64,000 bases of DNA from Octopus sinensis (taxonomy: Eukaryota), in contig NC_043014.1 in assembly GCF_006345805.1 (NCBI RefSeq), positions 33,108,001 to 33,172,000 on the forward strand, given 5' to 3'. The position numbers and the translations under genes were made by a program. Positions 1-12,239 of this stretch are shown in pieces. Under the pieces are notes generated by a model. That model saw nothing but the letters and a program-made list of their open reading frames with translations, did not search any database and was not told where the DNA came from. How positions within the stretch are numbered: the stretch's first letter is position 1; the number at the start of each line of letters is the position of its first letter.

Positions 1-1029
1 GATTTTCTCCCCTCCATACACACGCAAGCATGTATCTGACTCATACACTGTTCGCTTTCCAGACATTTGTACATTACTGCATATACTTTATATGCACTTT
101 TGACAAGTTGTGGTGCACCTGAGCACTGTATACAATAATTTCATTATTATAAAATGGTATATGATGATTTTATTATAGTTTAACAACAACAACACCTTCA
201 TATAAGAGTGGACAACATCTTTCATGCTCACTACACAGTGAATGCCTTAAGCCGTAGATATAATGGTTAGGGCTGAAGACTGACTTCATCTTTCCTGCAG
301 GTTATCTATGGTAAATCTTAAAGGCACTTACCATTCTTCTTCAAGCTATATCCATAGGAGAAATCGAACCCTGTACTACCCTTTAGTGTTCACATTATTC
401 TACCAAAACTAATGCTTTTTTATCCACATTGTTTTGAACTAATCATGCATTATCTTGTAGTTATGAGATTTTGATGTGGTAGCTGTTAATTTTTAAGATG
501 ATATTGTAGGGTTGGTGTGAGAGACCAGATCTGGTCAGTTTGAACATAAAACAAGCAGAATACTTTTGGCCAGATATGGCCGGTTTAAATGCTGAAGGGT
601 TAAGCAGACACTCATCAATTTCTCAGTTGTCCAAATACTTGTAGCGATGCGGTGTAGCTACTTGCATGCTAATAACTTACTGAACTGAGCCATACTGAAG
701 TTATGTGTTTGAGCTATGAGATGGAAAGTGGTGGTGAGCAGAAGGTAACTGTGATGGGAAGAGACGTGGGGGGAAGGAGAGATAATAATGAGATGCATAC
801 GTGAGAAGATCGTTGAGAAAGGGAATAAATAATGAGATGAGAATGAGAAAAAATGGTGGGAAAATTAAAGAAATTCTGACTTATTTCCTAAATCTGAACA
901 TCCAAATTGTAAATATACTAACAAACCTATTGACACTTGCCTATCAGATGTAAACACACCTACTGCACATATTAAATCTATTTACATGACAGGAAATAGA
1001 TATACTGGATATAAGGTAAGTCTAACCAG

Positions 1030-1410
1030 TGACCAGATATGAAACGTGTGTCACATATAAAATACTCCTACCAGGTATAAAATATGTGCTAGATATAAAC
1101 TTTCTACATACTTGATATGAAACAGACAGCTGGATATACCACGTTAAACATCTACCAGATATGAAACATGTACCAAGTATAAAATACATGTACCAGATAT
1201 AAAATATATATGCTAAATATGAAATATATGTACCAAGTACAAAATACATGTAAACAGATATAAAATATATATGCTAGATATGAAACATGTGTCAAGTATA
1301 AAATACATGTGGCAGATATAAAATATGTATACTAGATGTGAAACATTTACCAATTATAAAATACATGTATGAGATACAAAATATACATGTTAGGTATGAA
1401 ATATATCTTG
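1030..1410. repeat. Degenerate ~20-bp minisatellite
   Basis: Recurring ccagatataaaatacatgta / ccaagtataaaatacatgta-like units. Confidence 0.75.
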
Positions 1411-1412
1411 TA

Positions 1413-1746
1413 GACCCCCTTCAGTCACGAATGACCATGGGATTGTACCTAGAAAGTTCCCCTCCGAAGTACAAGTCTGGGCAAGGTTGTTTATGGAAGA
1501 CTAGCAGTCACCCATGCATACCAGTCTCCCCTCTCCACACCACTGATGTTATCCAAGGGAAAGGCAATCGCTGATACAGCTTGGCACCAGTGATGTCGCA
1601 ACTCATTTCTACAGCTGAGTGAACTGGAGCAATGTGAAATAAAGTGTCTTGCTCAAGAACACAATATGCAGCCCAGTCTGGGATTCGAACTCACAACCTC
1701 ACGGTCGTAAGTTCCACACTTTAACCACTGAGCCATGCACCTTCAC
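1413..1746 (-). mobile_element. tRNA-derived SINE, family C
   Basis: Head gtgaaggtgcatggctcagtggttaaagtg..gagttcgaatccc with A/B-box-like motifs. 14-bp TSD tatgaaatatatct at 1395-1408 and 1747-1760. Other C-type copies lie at ~3002-3225, 10044-10550, 47726-48035 and 53600-53880. Confidence 0.8.
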
Positions 1747-2542
1747 TATGAAATATATCTACTCCATGCTAATTATCCCTACAAGATGTAAAATATGCCT
1801 ACAATGATAGGTGCATGTATGGCTGTGTGGCAAGAAGCTTGCTTCCCAACCATGTAGTTCTGGGTTCAGTCCCACTGCATGGTTAGACAAGTGTCTTCTA
1901 CTATAACCTTGGGCCCACCAAAGCCTTGTTAAACAGAAACTGAAAGAAGCCCATTGTGAGAGTATTGTGTGTGTGTGTGTGTGTGTGTGTTTGTCCCCTA
2001 CCACCACTGCTTGATAACTGGTGTTGGTGTATTTACATCCCCACAGCTTAGTGGTTCAGCAAAGGGGTTCGATGGAATAAGTACTGGGCTTTACAAAAAG
2101 TCATGGAGTCAATTTGTTTAGCAAAAATATTCTTCAAAGTGGTGCTCAAGCATGGCTGCATTCTAATGACTGAAACTAGTAAAAGATAAAAGACAAAGGA
2201 ATAATGAACTGAAGCTATTGCTATGCCACACGGACAAACCTAGGTTGCATTTGAAAACAGAGCCAGTTGATAGGCATAAAGTCAGTCACCAACCCTCTGA
2301 CTTCTGGCTCACAAAATATTGTCTCTTCTCTCAGCCTTTTCTACCACTACAACAGTGGCCACTGGTCTTCTGCACTAGCTTGGCTCATGCCACTTCTACT
2401 CAGGCATTCTTAGTTCACTTATCTCTCCTCTTCTCTTCAACCATACTGTGTCCACCACCTCCACTGCCATTGTCACCACTAGTGCATACAATGATTACAA
2501 CACCCCTGTCCTTCTTCCTCAGTATATTGACACTTTATCTCT

Positions 2543-2580
<38 letters not shown>

Positions 2581-3242
2581 TTTCTTCATTGCTCATCTTC
2601 TTTATTGTCATAGATTTGCAAATTTGGTCAGCCCAAGGCGTTAGTAGGAAACACTTCCCCAAGTGCCATGCAATGGGACTGAACCTTGAACCATGTGGTT
2701 GGGAAGCAAACTTCTTACCATACAGCCATACCTGTGCCTACAAATATGTTTATATATGTTATTTGTCTTTACATCTGGTATGTTTTATATATGGTAGTTG
2801 TGCTTATATCTGGTTGCTATGTTGTACATCTTATTGGTGTACATTAACCTTTATCTGGGTTATATCTGCTAGGATTGTTTGTAGCTGTTAGATATGTTCT
2901 GTATCTGATAGATTATCCTCATCAACCTTTCAACCCATGCTAGCATGGAAAAACGGAGGTTAAAGGATGATGATGAGAATCTCTCAGATATAAAACATAT
3001 CTGTGGAGGTGCATGGCTTAGTGGTTAAGGTGTTGGACTCACGATCACAAGATTGTGGTTTCAATTCCTGGACCAGGTGACGTGTTGTGTCCTTGAGCAA
3101 AACACTTCATTTCATGTAGCTCCAGTCCACTCAGCTGTCAAAGATGAGTAATCCTGCAAGGGACTGGCATCCCATCCATGTGGAGAATATAGATGCCATG
3201 AAACTAGGAAACCAGTTCTTATCAGTTGGTATGATTCAAGAA

Positions 3243-3474
3243 AGGCGCCGAGCTGGCAGAAACGTTAGCATGCCGGGCGAAATGCTTAGCGGTATTTCGT
3301 CTGACATTACGTTCTGAGTTCAAATTCTGCTGAGGTCGACTTTGCCTTTCATCCTTTCGGGGTCGATTAAATAAGTACCAGTTATGCACTGGGGTCGATA
3401 TAATCGACTTAATCTGTTTGTCTGTCCTTGTTTGTCCTCTCTGTGTTTAGCCCCTTGTGGGTAATAAAGAAATA
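3243..3474 (+). mobile_element. SINE family B monomer
   Basis: ggcgccgagctggcagaaacgttagc...gttctgagttcaaatt...taaagaaata. 15-bp TSD ggtatgattcaagaa at 3228-3242 and 3475-3489. Confidence 0.88.
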
Positions 3475-3950
3475 GGTATGATTCAAGAAGCCACATGTAA
3501 CAGCTACAAACAAACCTAGCAGATATAAAATATATCTAATAAATTATTAAACATACCTGCCAAATATGAAATATATCAACTGCCTATAAACACAGTAATT
3601 ATATAGTAAACATTTAGATCTGGTGGAAAGTGAAACTACATCTCCCTTAAGTTGCATCAAGATGTGATGTGGTATGATGTCGTGAAGGGAGGATTTTGCA
3701 GCATTGACATTCAAGGAAGTAAAATATTTATGACCAACAATCACTTCTATTATTGTCAACTCAGTTCGTTTGTAGCTTACAATGGCAGATGTCACAGGAA
3801 TTGTAAATTATTAGGTGACTTGTTAATTAGATGAACACCTGAGCCATTATTTTGCATTATTTTGTGCATGGATAAAACTTTATGTGAAGTCATTAACTTG
3901 ACATAACACTGAATAACTAACAGCTGGCTTTGCTGCTTTTGTTGTTTAGT

Positions 3951-4378
3951 CTTAGCCTGCCTTGAACAAGAAGCTGTTTTCTAGCCATGACCACCTCATA
4001 TCTTTGTATGTTTATGAGTATGCTGTCCAGGTTGTTTAATAATTTTTTTAAACTAAAAGATGTAATTTGAGTTGAGATTTGGATACTATTTCCAGCAGTT
4101 TGAGAGGGCCACAGAGAGACTCCCTCATGGCTCCTGCATAGCTCAATCAGTCGAACATCAGGATTTTATGCTTAGCCTGCCTTGAACATGAAGGTGTTTT
4201 CTAGCCATGACCGCCTTATATCTTTATGAGTATGTGTCCAGGTTTAATTATTTTTTAAATTGCAAGATGTAATTTGGGTTGAGATTTGGATACTATTTTC
4301 AGCAATTTGAGAGGGCCACAGAGAGACTCCCTCATAGCTCTTGCATAGCTCAACCAGTAGAACATCAGGATTTTATGC
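3951..4378. repeat. Diverged tandem duplication, period 220 bp
   Basis: cttagcctgccttgaaca at 3951 and 4171. Both units end aacatcaggattttatg. Confidence 0.85.
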
Positions 4379-5430
4379 TGGCCTTTCTAGTTCCACAAAG
4401 GGGAACTTGGAGCATATGGTCTGAGATTTCTTTGAAGAGAACTTGGCAGTAGTCATTGTTGTTGTGAAGCTCTAGAAGACTTGTGATATGTAGGTTGTTG
4501 GCTAAACCAGATGTGACCCAGAGGTCTGCTGTTTCTGATAAACCATGTTTCCACCTAGCTAAGGATCACATTCCAATTGGCACATCGCATAACTTTGCTA
4601 GAAACTTTCTTTTTTACTTTATCACTTAAGTGAAAAAGGGCCAACACCCATGACTCTTTTAAAGGATTACAAGACCAATTGGGCAGTGAGGCAAAGAAAC
4701 TTGTCTGAATGCATGCAGAAGAGCTGATTCCATGAAGAGCACCAAAGGGACCAGGTATGATGTTACACTGCACTGACAGATTAAGTCTACAACTCCAAAA
4801 CAGAGAATTCCTTGTATGAAAACATATTGTAGAGTTGAACTTGCAGCAGATTTATGAGTTGAAATAATAGCAATCATTGTGGTGTGCCTCACTTTTAGCT
4901 TCCACCCCTGACACATTACTCTGTTCCCTTCACTCATTCTATATTTGGATAATCAACTTTTAAGAAAATCAGCAGGCTGTAAAAATATAAGTTCCAAACA
5001 GTGCCTCACATAGTTACATGACTGTGTTGATATAACTTAGCCTTAAGACTATGATCAATAATCAGCTGGTGAACTTTACCCATTAATAATAATATATATC
5101 TTCTTATTAACAGTGTTCTTTTTCAGTTCATCTCTTTACTATGTTGTTCACTGCTTCATCATTGATTCTGAAATAGTTACTTATTTCTTGGTGGAATTTT
5201 CACATTGATACAGCAGATGACTTTCCCATACATAAATTCATCAATATTTTTTTCCCAATGGTTTTCATTATTACATTTTATCAAATTAAAGTTATAATTA
5301 ATCATAACACATACACACATTTACACACACGGATATATACACACATACATATATTGGCTTCACGTTTTGGCACACAGGAGGGGTTAAGTTGATTCCATAA
5401 CCCCCAGTGCTCAACTTGTACTTCCTTTAA

Positions 5431-5804
5431 CCCTTTTGATACCAACTTGGCTGAAACCGCCTCTGGCTCTGTAGTACAAATGTCTTGTTTTCATAAGTTT
5501 TGAATTATAATCTTCCACCAAACTTTAGTCACAATTTATGTTCTTCTATCTATCTATCCGCTCAGTTGAAGTCGACTCTCGGTTACTCGTTGGATCAGTG
5601 TCCTCCAGTCAGTTCTATCCTGGGCCACTTCTTTCAGATTGGCTATGTCCATTCCGGTATCACTCTTGATGGTGTCAAGCAAGCAGGTTCTTGGTCGACC
5701 ACTAGCTTAATGATAACTGAGTTATTTCACAAAATTCTTTGTTATATTTAAAATCAATTGAATGAAACACAGAGCATCTCAAGAGAAATATGGTAATAAA
5801 AGGG
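5431..5804. mobile_element. piggyBac-like MITE
   Basis: TTAA|CCCTTTTGATACCA ... TGGTAATAAAAGGG|TTAA. It interrupts a SINE. Confidence 0.7.
5545..5700 (-). mobile_element. Short RTE 3' end with (GATA)n tail nested in a MITE
   Basis: Minus strand reads GRPRTCLLDTIKSDTGMDIANLKE..QDRTDWRTLIQRVTESRLQLSG*. Confidence 0.7.
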
Positions 5805-6266
5805 TTAACAACCCCCCAAAGGATGAAAGGCAAAGTCGACCTCAATAGAATTTAAACTCAGAACATTCAAAGACAGACAAAGCATTTTGGTTGGTGTGCT
5901 AACAACTCTGCCAGCTTGCTACCTTACACACACACATATATATATATATTAACATTCACATAGACAGCCCTGTTGTTTAACCATGATATCTATTTGCACA
6001 GCAAGACTAAACATTATTTAATGTATATAAATATATTTGAAAGCATATCCACAAACACACTGTTGCAATTAACTTTTGTTAATTAGCTGACACTGACATG
6101 GTAAAGTATTGATATACAAAGGAGCAACTTCAGTGCCTATGGCTCACTGAACATCCCATAATCAGCTGTAAGGAACATTAGCCATGTACATGAAATGCAG
6201 TAAATACTCTTTTGTAAGGCTTTGTATGCCTCTTAAAATCAGTCTTCACTACTTCTTCCATGTCTT

Positions 6267-6304
<38 letters not shown>

Positions 6305-6414
6305 TGTGTGTGTGTGTGTGTGCATGTATGTATGTTCTCTTTCGCTTTTTAATTTTGACTGGCTAGATGTTTGGTAGCAAGATTATGAAGGTAAGCATCT
6401 TGTTTTGTTCATCA

Positions 6415-6895
6415 ACCTTTAAATCCCCAGAAAGTCTTGCAGATTTTTAAAGTCCCACATACCATAATCATTTGTAGCATACAAATAAAGGATTTGCTTT
6501 CTCTCCTCAAAACCCCAAGTCCAACCATACTTTGTTCCAGATGGATTGGTTTGTATCCTGTTGTTCCAATGATAATGGATATGAAACTGAGAGTGTATCT
6601 TGGGTAGTGGATTTGTAAATTCCTTATTAATGGTCCGCAGATGTCCTCTTTCTCTTGTATTTTTTAAACCACATTGGTGTCCAGAGGCCAGCTAATTTCA
6701 ACAAGAGAATGTATATTTTCTTTGTTATCTCACACAACAATATCTGGCTGGTTGTGTTTTAACTTGGTGGCTGTTTCTATTTTTAAGTCAAATATTCATT
6801 TGACCCATCAGTTTCAATATGATCACCTTCATCTGTAGGTATTTTCTTTTTTGCGTCATGGGAAGTTGATGTCTGGAAGACATTTTCTTGCAGCT
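6415..6895 (-). mobile_element. Degenerate 3' fragment of a second RLE-type LINE family
   Basis: The minus strand gives KHNQPDIVV..LVEISWP and IPIIIG-like remnants with stops. It aligns by eye with 9510-10035 and 34400-35030. Confidence 0.65.
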
Positions 6896-7169
6896 GGCAA
6901 TAATATGGTTGATGCCTTTATATATGTATGCATGTATGTATAATTTCAGTCCAGTCTGAACCTTAAATTGTATAACAAATAACCAGTGTTTAGAACACCA
7001 TGTGTACTCCTATTTGTGTTATTGCATTTATAGCATAAGTTTGGGTGTTTTGTAGAGTACATGTGTACATATGTGTACATATATATGTACATACAAGCAT
7101 ACACACACACACATGCATGCACACACATACACATTCATATGCACATAAACACATACACACACATGTACA

Positions 7170-7910
7170 ACAGAATGCTAGTGTTTTGAGGAGAGAGTTC
7201 GGCATAATCGGAACTAGATGCAGTGTGCAAGAAAGAAGACATGTGATGTGTATGGACATAGACAGTTGCATAAAGAAGTGCTGTTCACTTAAAGTGGATG
7301 GAAGTTGTGGAAGAGAGAAACCCAGGAAGATTTGGGATGAAGTGCTGGAGGCCAATCTCAAGACACTGATCCTTACAAAGGAGATGACAGAGGACCAAAA
7401 TATTTGGTGCATTGCTGTACACAAGAAGGCCCTTCCACCACAGTGCCAGATAAGAAACATTTGTGCTGGTGTCATGTTAAAAGCACCCAGGATGCTCTAT
7501 GGAGTGTTTGGCATTAGGAAGGGGAATCCAGCCATTGAAACCATGCCAGAACAGACAATGGAGTCTGATGTGATCCCTGGCCTTACTGGCTCCAGTCAAA
7601 CCATCCAATCCATGCCAGCATGGAAAACAAATGTTGAATGATGATGATGATGACATGTATGTGTGTAGAAAAGGGGAGGTGCATGAAGCCAGTTCAAATA
7701 TGTTATTTAGCAACCTTGTTAGTGTTGGTGTCATGAGAAAAATGCACCCAGTATATGCTGTAAAGTGGTTGGCATAAGGAAGGACACCCAGTGACAGAAA
7801 CCATGCTAAAGCTAATGTTGAGGCCTGATACAGCTCTCTGTGGCTTGTGAGATCCTGTCAAACCATCTAACCCATGCCGGCAATGGAAAACAGGCATTAA
7901 ATGATGATGA
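7170..7910 (+). mobile_element. RTE C-terminal fragment followed by two RTE-type 3' ends with (GAT)n tails
   Basis: REFGIIGTRCSVQERR..GSCGREKPRKIWDEV..MTEDQNIW. The 3' cores end gcatggaaaa..aaatgatgatgat near 7620-7650 and 7880-7915. Confidence 0.75.
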
Positions 7911-9509
7911 TGATGATGACAGTGCCACTGCCACTGCTGCTGATGACAACAGCAATGACGGTGGTGATGGTGGTGGTGGTGATGATGCCAATGTCAAGGA
8001 CAATGACAACTGCATCAGATTGGACAATTTAAGCACAATTGTTATGAATGAGCAATGTGCTGGAAATCTGAATCAAGAAGACATTGTCTTTTGATTCATG
8101 GCAAAAACACCAAAACAGAGAAAAGACTGTTGTGCTGGTTGTAACCCTACAGCTGACATTGCCATCTTTTATGTCTCATTCTCTCTAAGAAGGGACAAAG
8201 AATTTGTTATAAAAGTTGAATTTATTACCAAAAACAAAAAAAAAGAAGAAAGCACTTGGCTACTTGGCATTGTGGTAAGAAGTTTGTTTCCCAATCACAT
8301 GGTTCCATGTTCATCTCACTGCATTGCACCTTAGTCAAGTGTCTTCTACTATAGCGCCCCAAGATGATTAAAGCCTTGTTAGTGGATTTAGGCAGACAGA
8401 AACTGAAAGAAGCCTGTTGTATGTGTATATATATGTGTATATCTGTGTGTGTGTATGTGCCCCAGCAGCACTAGAAAACCAGTGTTGGTTTACTCTTTTA
8501 CTTGTTTCAGTCATTTGACTGTGGCCATGCTGGAGCACCACCTTTAGTTAAGCAAATCGACTCCAGGACTTATTCTTTGTAAGCCTAGTACTTATTCTAT
8601 CGGTCTCTTTTGCCGAACTGTTAAGTTACAGGGACGTATACACAAGTGCATCGGTTGTCAAGCGATGTTGGGGGGACAAACACAGACACACACACACATA
8701 TATATATATATACATATATACGATGGGCTTTTTTTCAGTTTCTGTCTACCAAATCCACTCATAAGGCTTTGGTCGGCCCAAGGCTATGGTAGAAGACACT
8801 TGCCCAAGGTGCAATGCAGTGGGACTGAACCCGGAACCATGTGGTTGGTAAGCAAGCTACTTACCACACAGTCACTCCTGTGCCTGTTTGTTTACATCTC
8901 TGTAACTTAGTGGTTCGACATATGAAAATGATAGAAGTACCAAGCTTTCAAATACTGGGATTTGATTCATTCAAGTAAAACTCTTCATTGCAGTGCTCCA
9001 GAATGGCCACAATCCAATGAAACTGACAAATGATTTTTATTTTCATTTATAGCATTAGATCGCATAATATTAGTTTTATCCATCCTTATAGTTTTCTGTC
9101 TGAACTATGCTCTATCAGAATCAAAATGTCACTAATAATGCATTGCTATTTTCTCTCATAAATTTATAATGTTTCTGGTGTGTATAATGAGATGTCTTTA
9201 TCATCATTTATAGAACCACTGTATATATAATAGGCACAGGTGTGGCTATATGGTAGGAAGCTTGCTTCCCAATGATGTAGTTCTGGGTTCAGTCCCACTA
9301 AGTGACACTTTGGGAAAATGTCTTCTACTATATAACCTTGGACCAACCAAAACCTTGTGAGTGGCTTTGGTAGATGGAAATTGAAAGAAGCCCGTCATAT
9401 GTGTGTGTGTCTTTTATTTTTTAATTATTATAAATCTTCCACTAAGGAGAGAGCTGGTTTCCAACAAAGATACAAGGCTCCATCTTTGGGATGTAGTTAA
9501 CACGAACAA

Positions 9510-10035
9510 GTTCACATTTGGAACTTGAGGAAAGTCTTGCATATTTTTACTGTTCCACTCAGATTCCACTTGTAATATATGAATCAGCCAGTCAGTTTCT
9601 CTTTCTGAAAATCCCAGTTTATCCAGATTCTCCTTTAAGCATTTACTAACAAAACCTAGTGCTCCAATTATTATTGGTATGAATATGAATTCATAGTCTG
9701 GATATAGAAACTGGAGGTTTCAGAGCAGTTGTCCATAGATAACCTCTTTTTCTATGATTTTCAAAGAGATATTTATATCTGTGGGGCAGCTGACCTCTAT
9801 GATGGTACATACCTTTATCCCTCTGTCCCAAACAACAATATCTGGTCTGTTATGTTTAGATTTGACAGTAGTTTTGATGGGAATATTCCACTAGTATTCC
9901 TTGGGTTGGTGTTTATGAATGTACTCCATAATGGACGGACAATCTTTTTGTGGACGGCATTGTAAATTGTTTTAGCAACATCATGCTGCATAGGGAGGTA
10001 GGACCATCATGTAATTTTAGGACAGCTGCTAATCA
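9510..10035 (-). mobile_element. Degenerate 3' fragment of a second RLE-type LINE family
   Basis: Minus-strand translation QHDVAKTIY...KHNRPDIVVWDRGIKVCTIIEVSCP...FIPIIIGALG gives RLE motifs. Confidence 0.8.
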
Positions 10036-11017
10036 CATGTATGTGGAGGTGCAATGGCCTAGTGGTTAGAGCAGTGGACTCACAGTCGTAGGATCGAAGT
10101 TTTGATTCCCAGACTGGGCGTTATGAGTGTGTATTGAGCGAAAACACCTAAAGCTCCACGAGGCTCCAGAAGGGGGTGGTGGCGAACCCTGCTGTGCTCT
10201 TTCACCACAACTTTCTCTCACTCTTTCTTCCTGTTTCTGTTGTACCTGTATTTCAAATGGCCAGCCTTGTCACACGCTCTGTCATGCTAAATCTCCCCGA
10301 GAACTACATTAAGGGTACACGTGTCTGTGGAGTGCTCAGCCACTTGCACGTTAATAAATGAGCTGCGACATCACTGGTGTCAAGCTTTATCGGCCTTTGC
10401 CTTTCCCTTGGATAACATCGGTGGTATGGAGAGGGGAGGCTGGTATGCATGGGTGACTGCTGGTCTTCCATAAACAACCTTGCCCAGACTTGTGCCCAAC
10501 AGGGTAACTTTCTAGGTGCAATCACATGGTCATTCATGACCGAAGGGGGTCACAATGTATATATGTTTGTGTGTGTGTGTGCATGCATGCTTATGTCTCC
10601 TGGTCTTGACATCACATGACAGTCGTAAACAAGCATCAGTGTCATACAAACAGTATTGTTCATTTTCAATCCTTCACAAAGGTATGTCCAGCCATGGGAA
10701 AATATTAACTTGCTTGGAAACACGTTTGGCTTGGCAACCTGAAGAGCCTCCAACTGTTAAGAATGTGTCTCAATAAATTCCTGTCTGACCCAAATAAGCA
10801 TGCAAAAGTCAATGTTAAAATAATGAAGATGATGATGATCTCTCTCTTTCTTACACACACACACAAGCACTCACACACACACATTAACACGCATGCACAC
10901 ACATACACATTCACACACACACACACACACTATCAAACTTGATAAGTACCAATGCACAAATCTCTCAGCCTTTGAGTCACTTTGTTGCTTCTGCTTAATA
11001 TTAATAAAAATATACAC

Positions 11018-11430
11018 ATCATCATCATCATTGTTCGACCATTGTCGAGACAATAGAATTTACCATGCTACGCCAGACTTCACGGTCCATCATAGCATTA
11101 CGGAGGTCCTGTTGCTGGATGCCTGTATCCCTGGAGATTACATCAGGGTAGGAGAGTGTGCGCCCTCTGGTATCGTGAGCAGATGGCTTCCAGAGAAGAA
11201 GAGTAGAAATTGCCTTGTTTTCAGCTCTACAATAATGTCCAGCAAACTGGACTCTTCTACCTTTCACAAGAGATGACACAGGTGGTAGTTTCCCATATAT
11301 TTGCATTTTGGTTGGATGACGCTTCCACGAGAGATTTTGAGCTCTCATAAGGAGGTGAGTGTAGGTTCCATCTAACTGCCTCTCAAGCTTATTTGATAAC
11401 GTCCAGGTTTCTGAGCCATATAGTGTGCGA
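11018..11430 (-). mobile_element. RTE-clade LINE 3' fragment with (GAT)n tail
   Basis: Clean frame LYGSETWTL..RRVQFAGHYCR..LLLWKP..RGR..AMMDREVWR ending in TGA plus (TGA)n. This is a typical RTE C-terminus. Confidence 0.88.
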
Positions 11431-11984
11431 CCATAGTTATCTTGTGCAATATACACATACTCATGTTTTGTGTTTGATTTTTCCAGTTTGCATCACCATA
11501 CCTATATACATATATACACACACACACACACATTCTCTACCATTTTACTTATATACAGCTGTCTGTAACTTGAGGGTATGCCCCAACACATCTTCATCAT
11601 ATTGCTTCTTTCTCTTCTTGCTCTCCTTTTCCAGCTGGCATAGCCATGTCTCTCCTTCACTGCAAGACACCTGTTTCAATCCATCTCTTAAACTATAATC
11701 TCTCATCACCTGACACAAAGCCACCTCCTTAACAAATAGTACTCTCTCTCTCTCTCTCAGTTGTGAAGGTCTTGTCTTGGTGACCTGACCTCACATGTGC
11801 TGGTGCCACAAAAAAAAAATGCACCTAGTACTTTGTAAAGTGTTTGACGTTAAAAAGGGCATCCAGTCCTAGTAATTATGCCAAAGCAGATAGAAGAGCA
11901 GGAAACTATCTACCTCGCCATCTCCTGTCAAACTGTCCATTCCATGCCAGCATGGAACACAAATGTTAACTCAAGGAGATTTAT

Positions 11985-12207
11985 ATATATGTGCTATATA
12001 TATGCATATACATACATACATACATACATATATATACAGACATATATATAATATATATATATGTATGTATGTATGTATGCATGTATGTGTGTATATATAC
12101 ATACATATATATATACACACACACACATGCATGCATACATACATACATACATACATGCATGCATGCATACATACATACATACATACATACATACATACAT
12201 ACATACA

Positions 12208-12238
<31 letters not shown>
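11985..12238. repeat. (TACA)n/(TA)n compound microsatellite
   Basis: Direct inspection. It is the source of several MYVC/IHTY pseudo-ORFs. Confidence 0.95.

Positions 12239-12239
<1 letters not shown>

Noticed and set aside
1413-1746. tRNA genes in SINE heads (also 10044, 28791, 34600, 47726)
   Set aside because: No complete cloverleaf or acceptor stem. They continue into SINE bodies and carry TSDs.
4400-4950. Possible APE endonuclease relic (MRCANWNV..ETW on the minus strand)
   Set aside because: Only two short motif resemblances amid stops, which is not enough to call.
8090-8200. Terminal minus-strand exon candidates (also ~5100-5180)
   Set aside because: Acceptor-like sites followed by a few codons and a stop, with no homology and no reliable upstream partner.
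10440-10550. HDV-like ribozyme in the SINE C tail (GGGUGA/UUGCCC as P1, GGU/ACC as P3)
   Set aside because: No P2 partner or catalytic C-A-A junction could be placed, L3 is too long, and the P1.1 GG is absent in the copies here.
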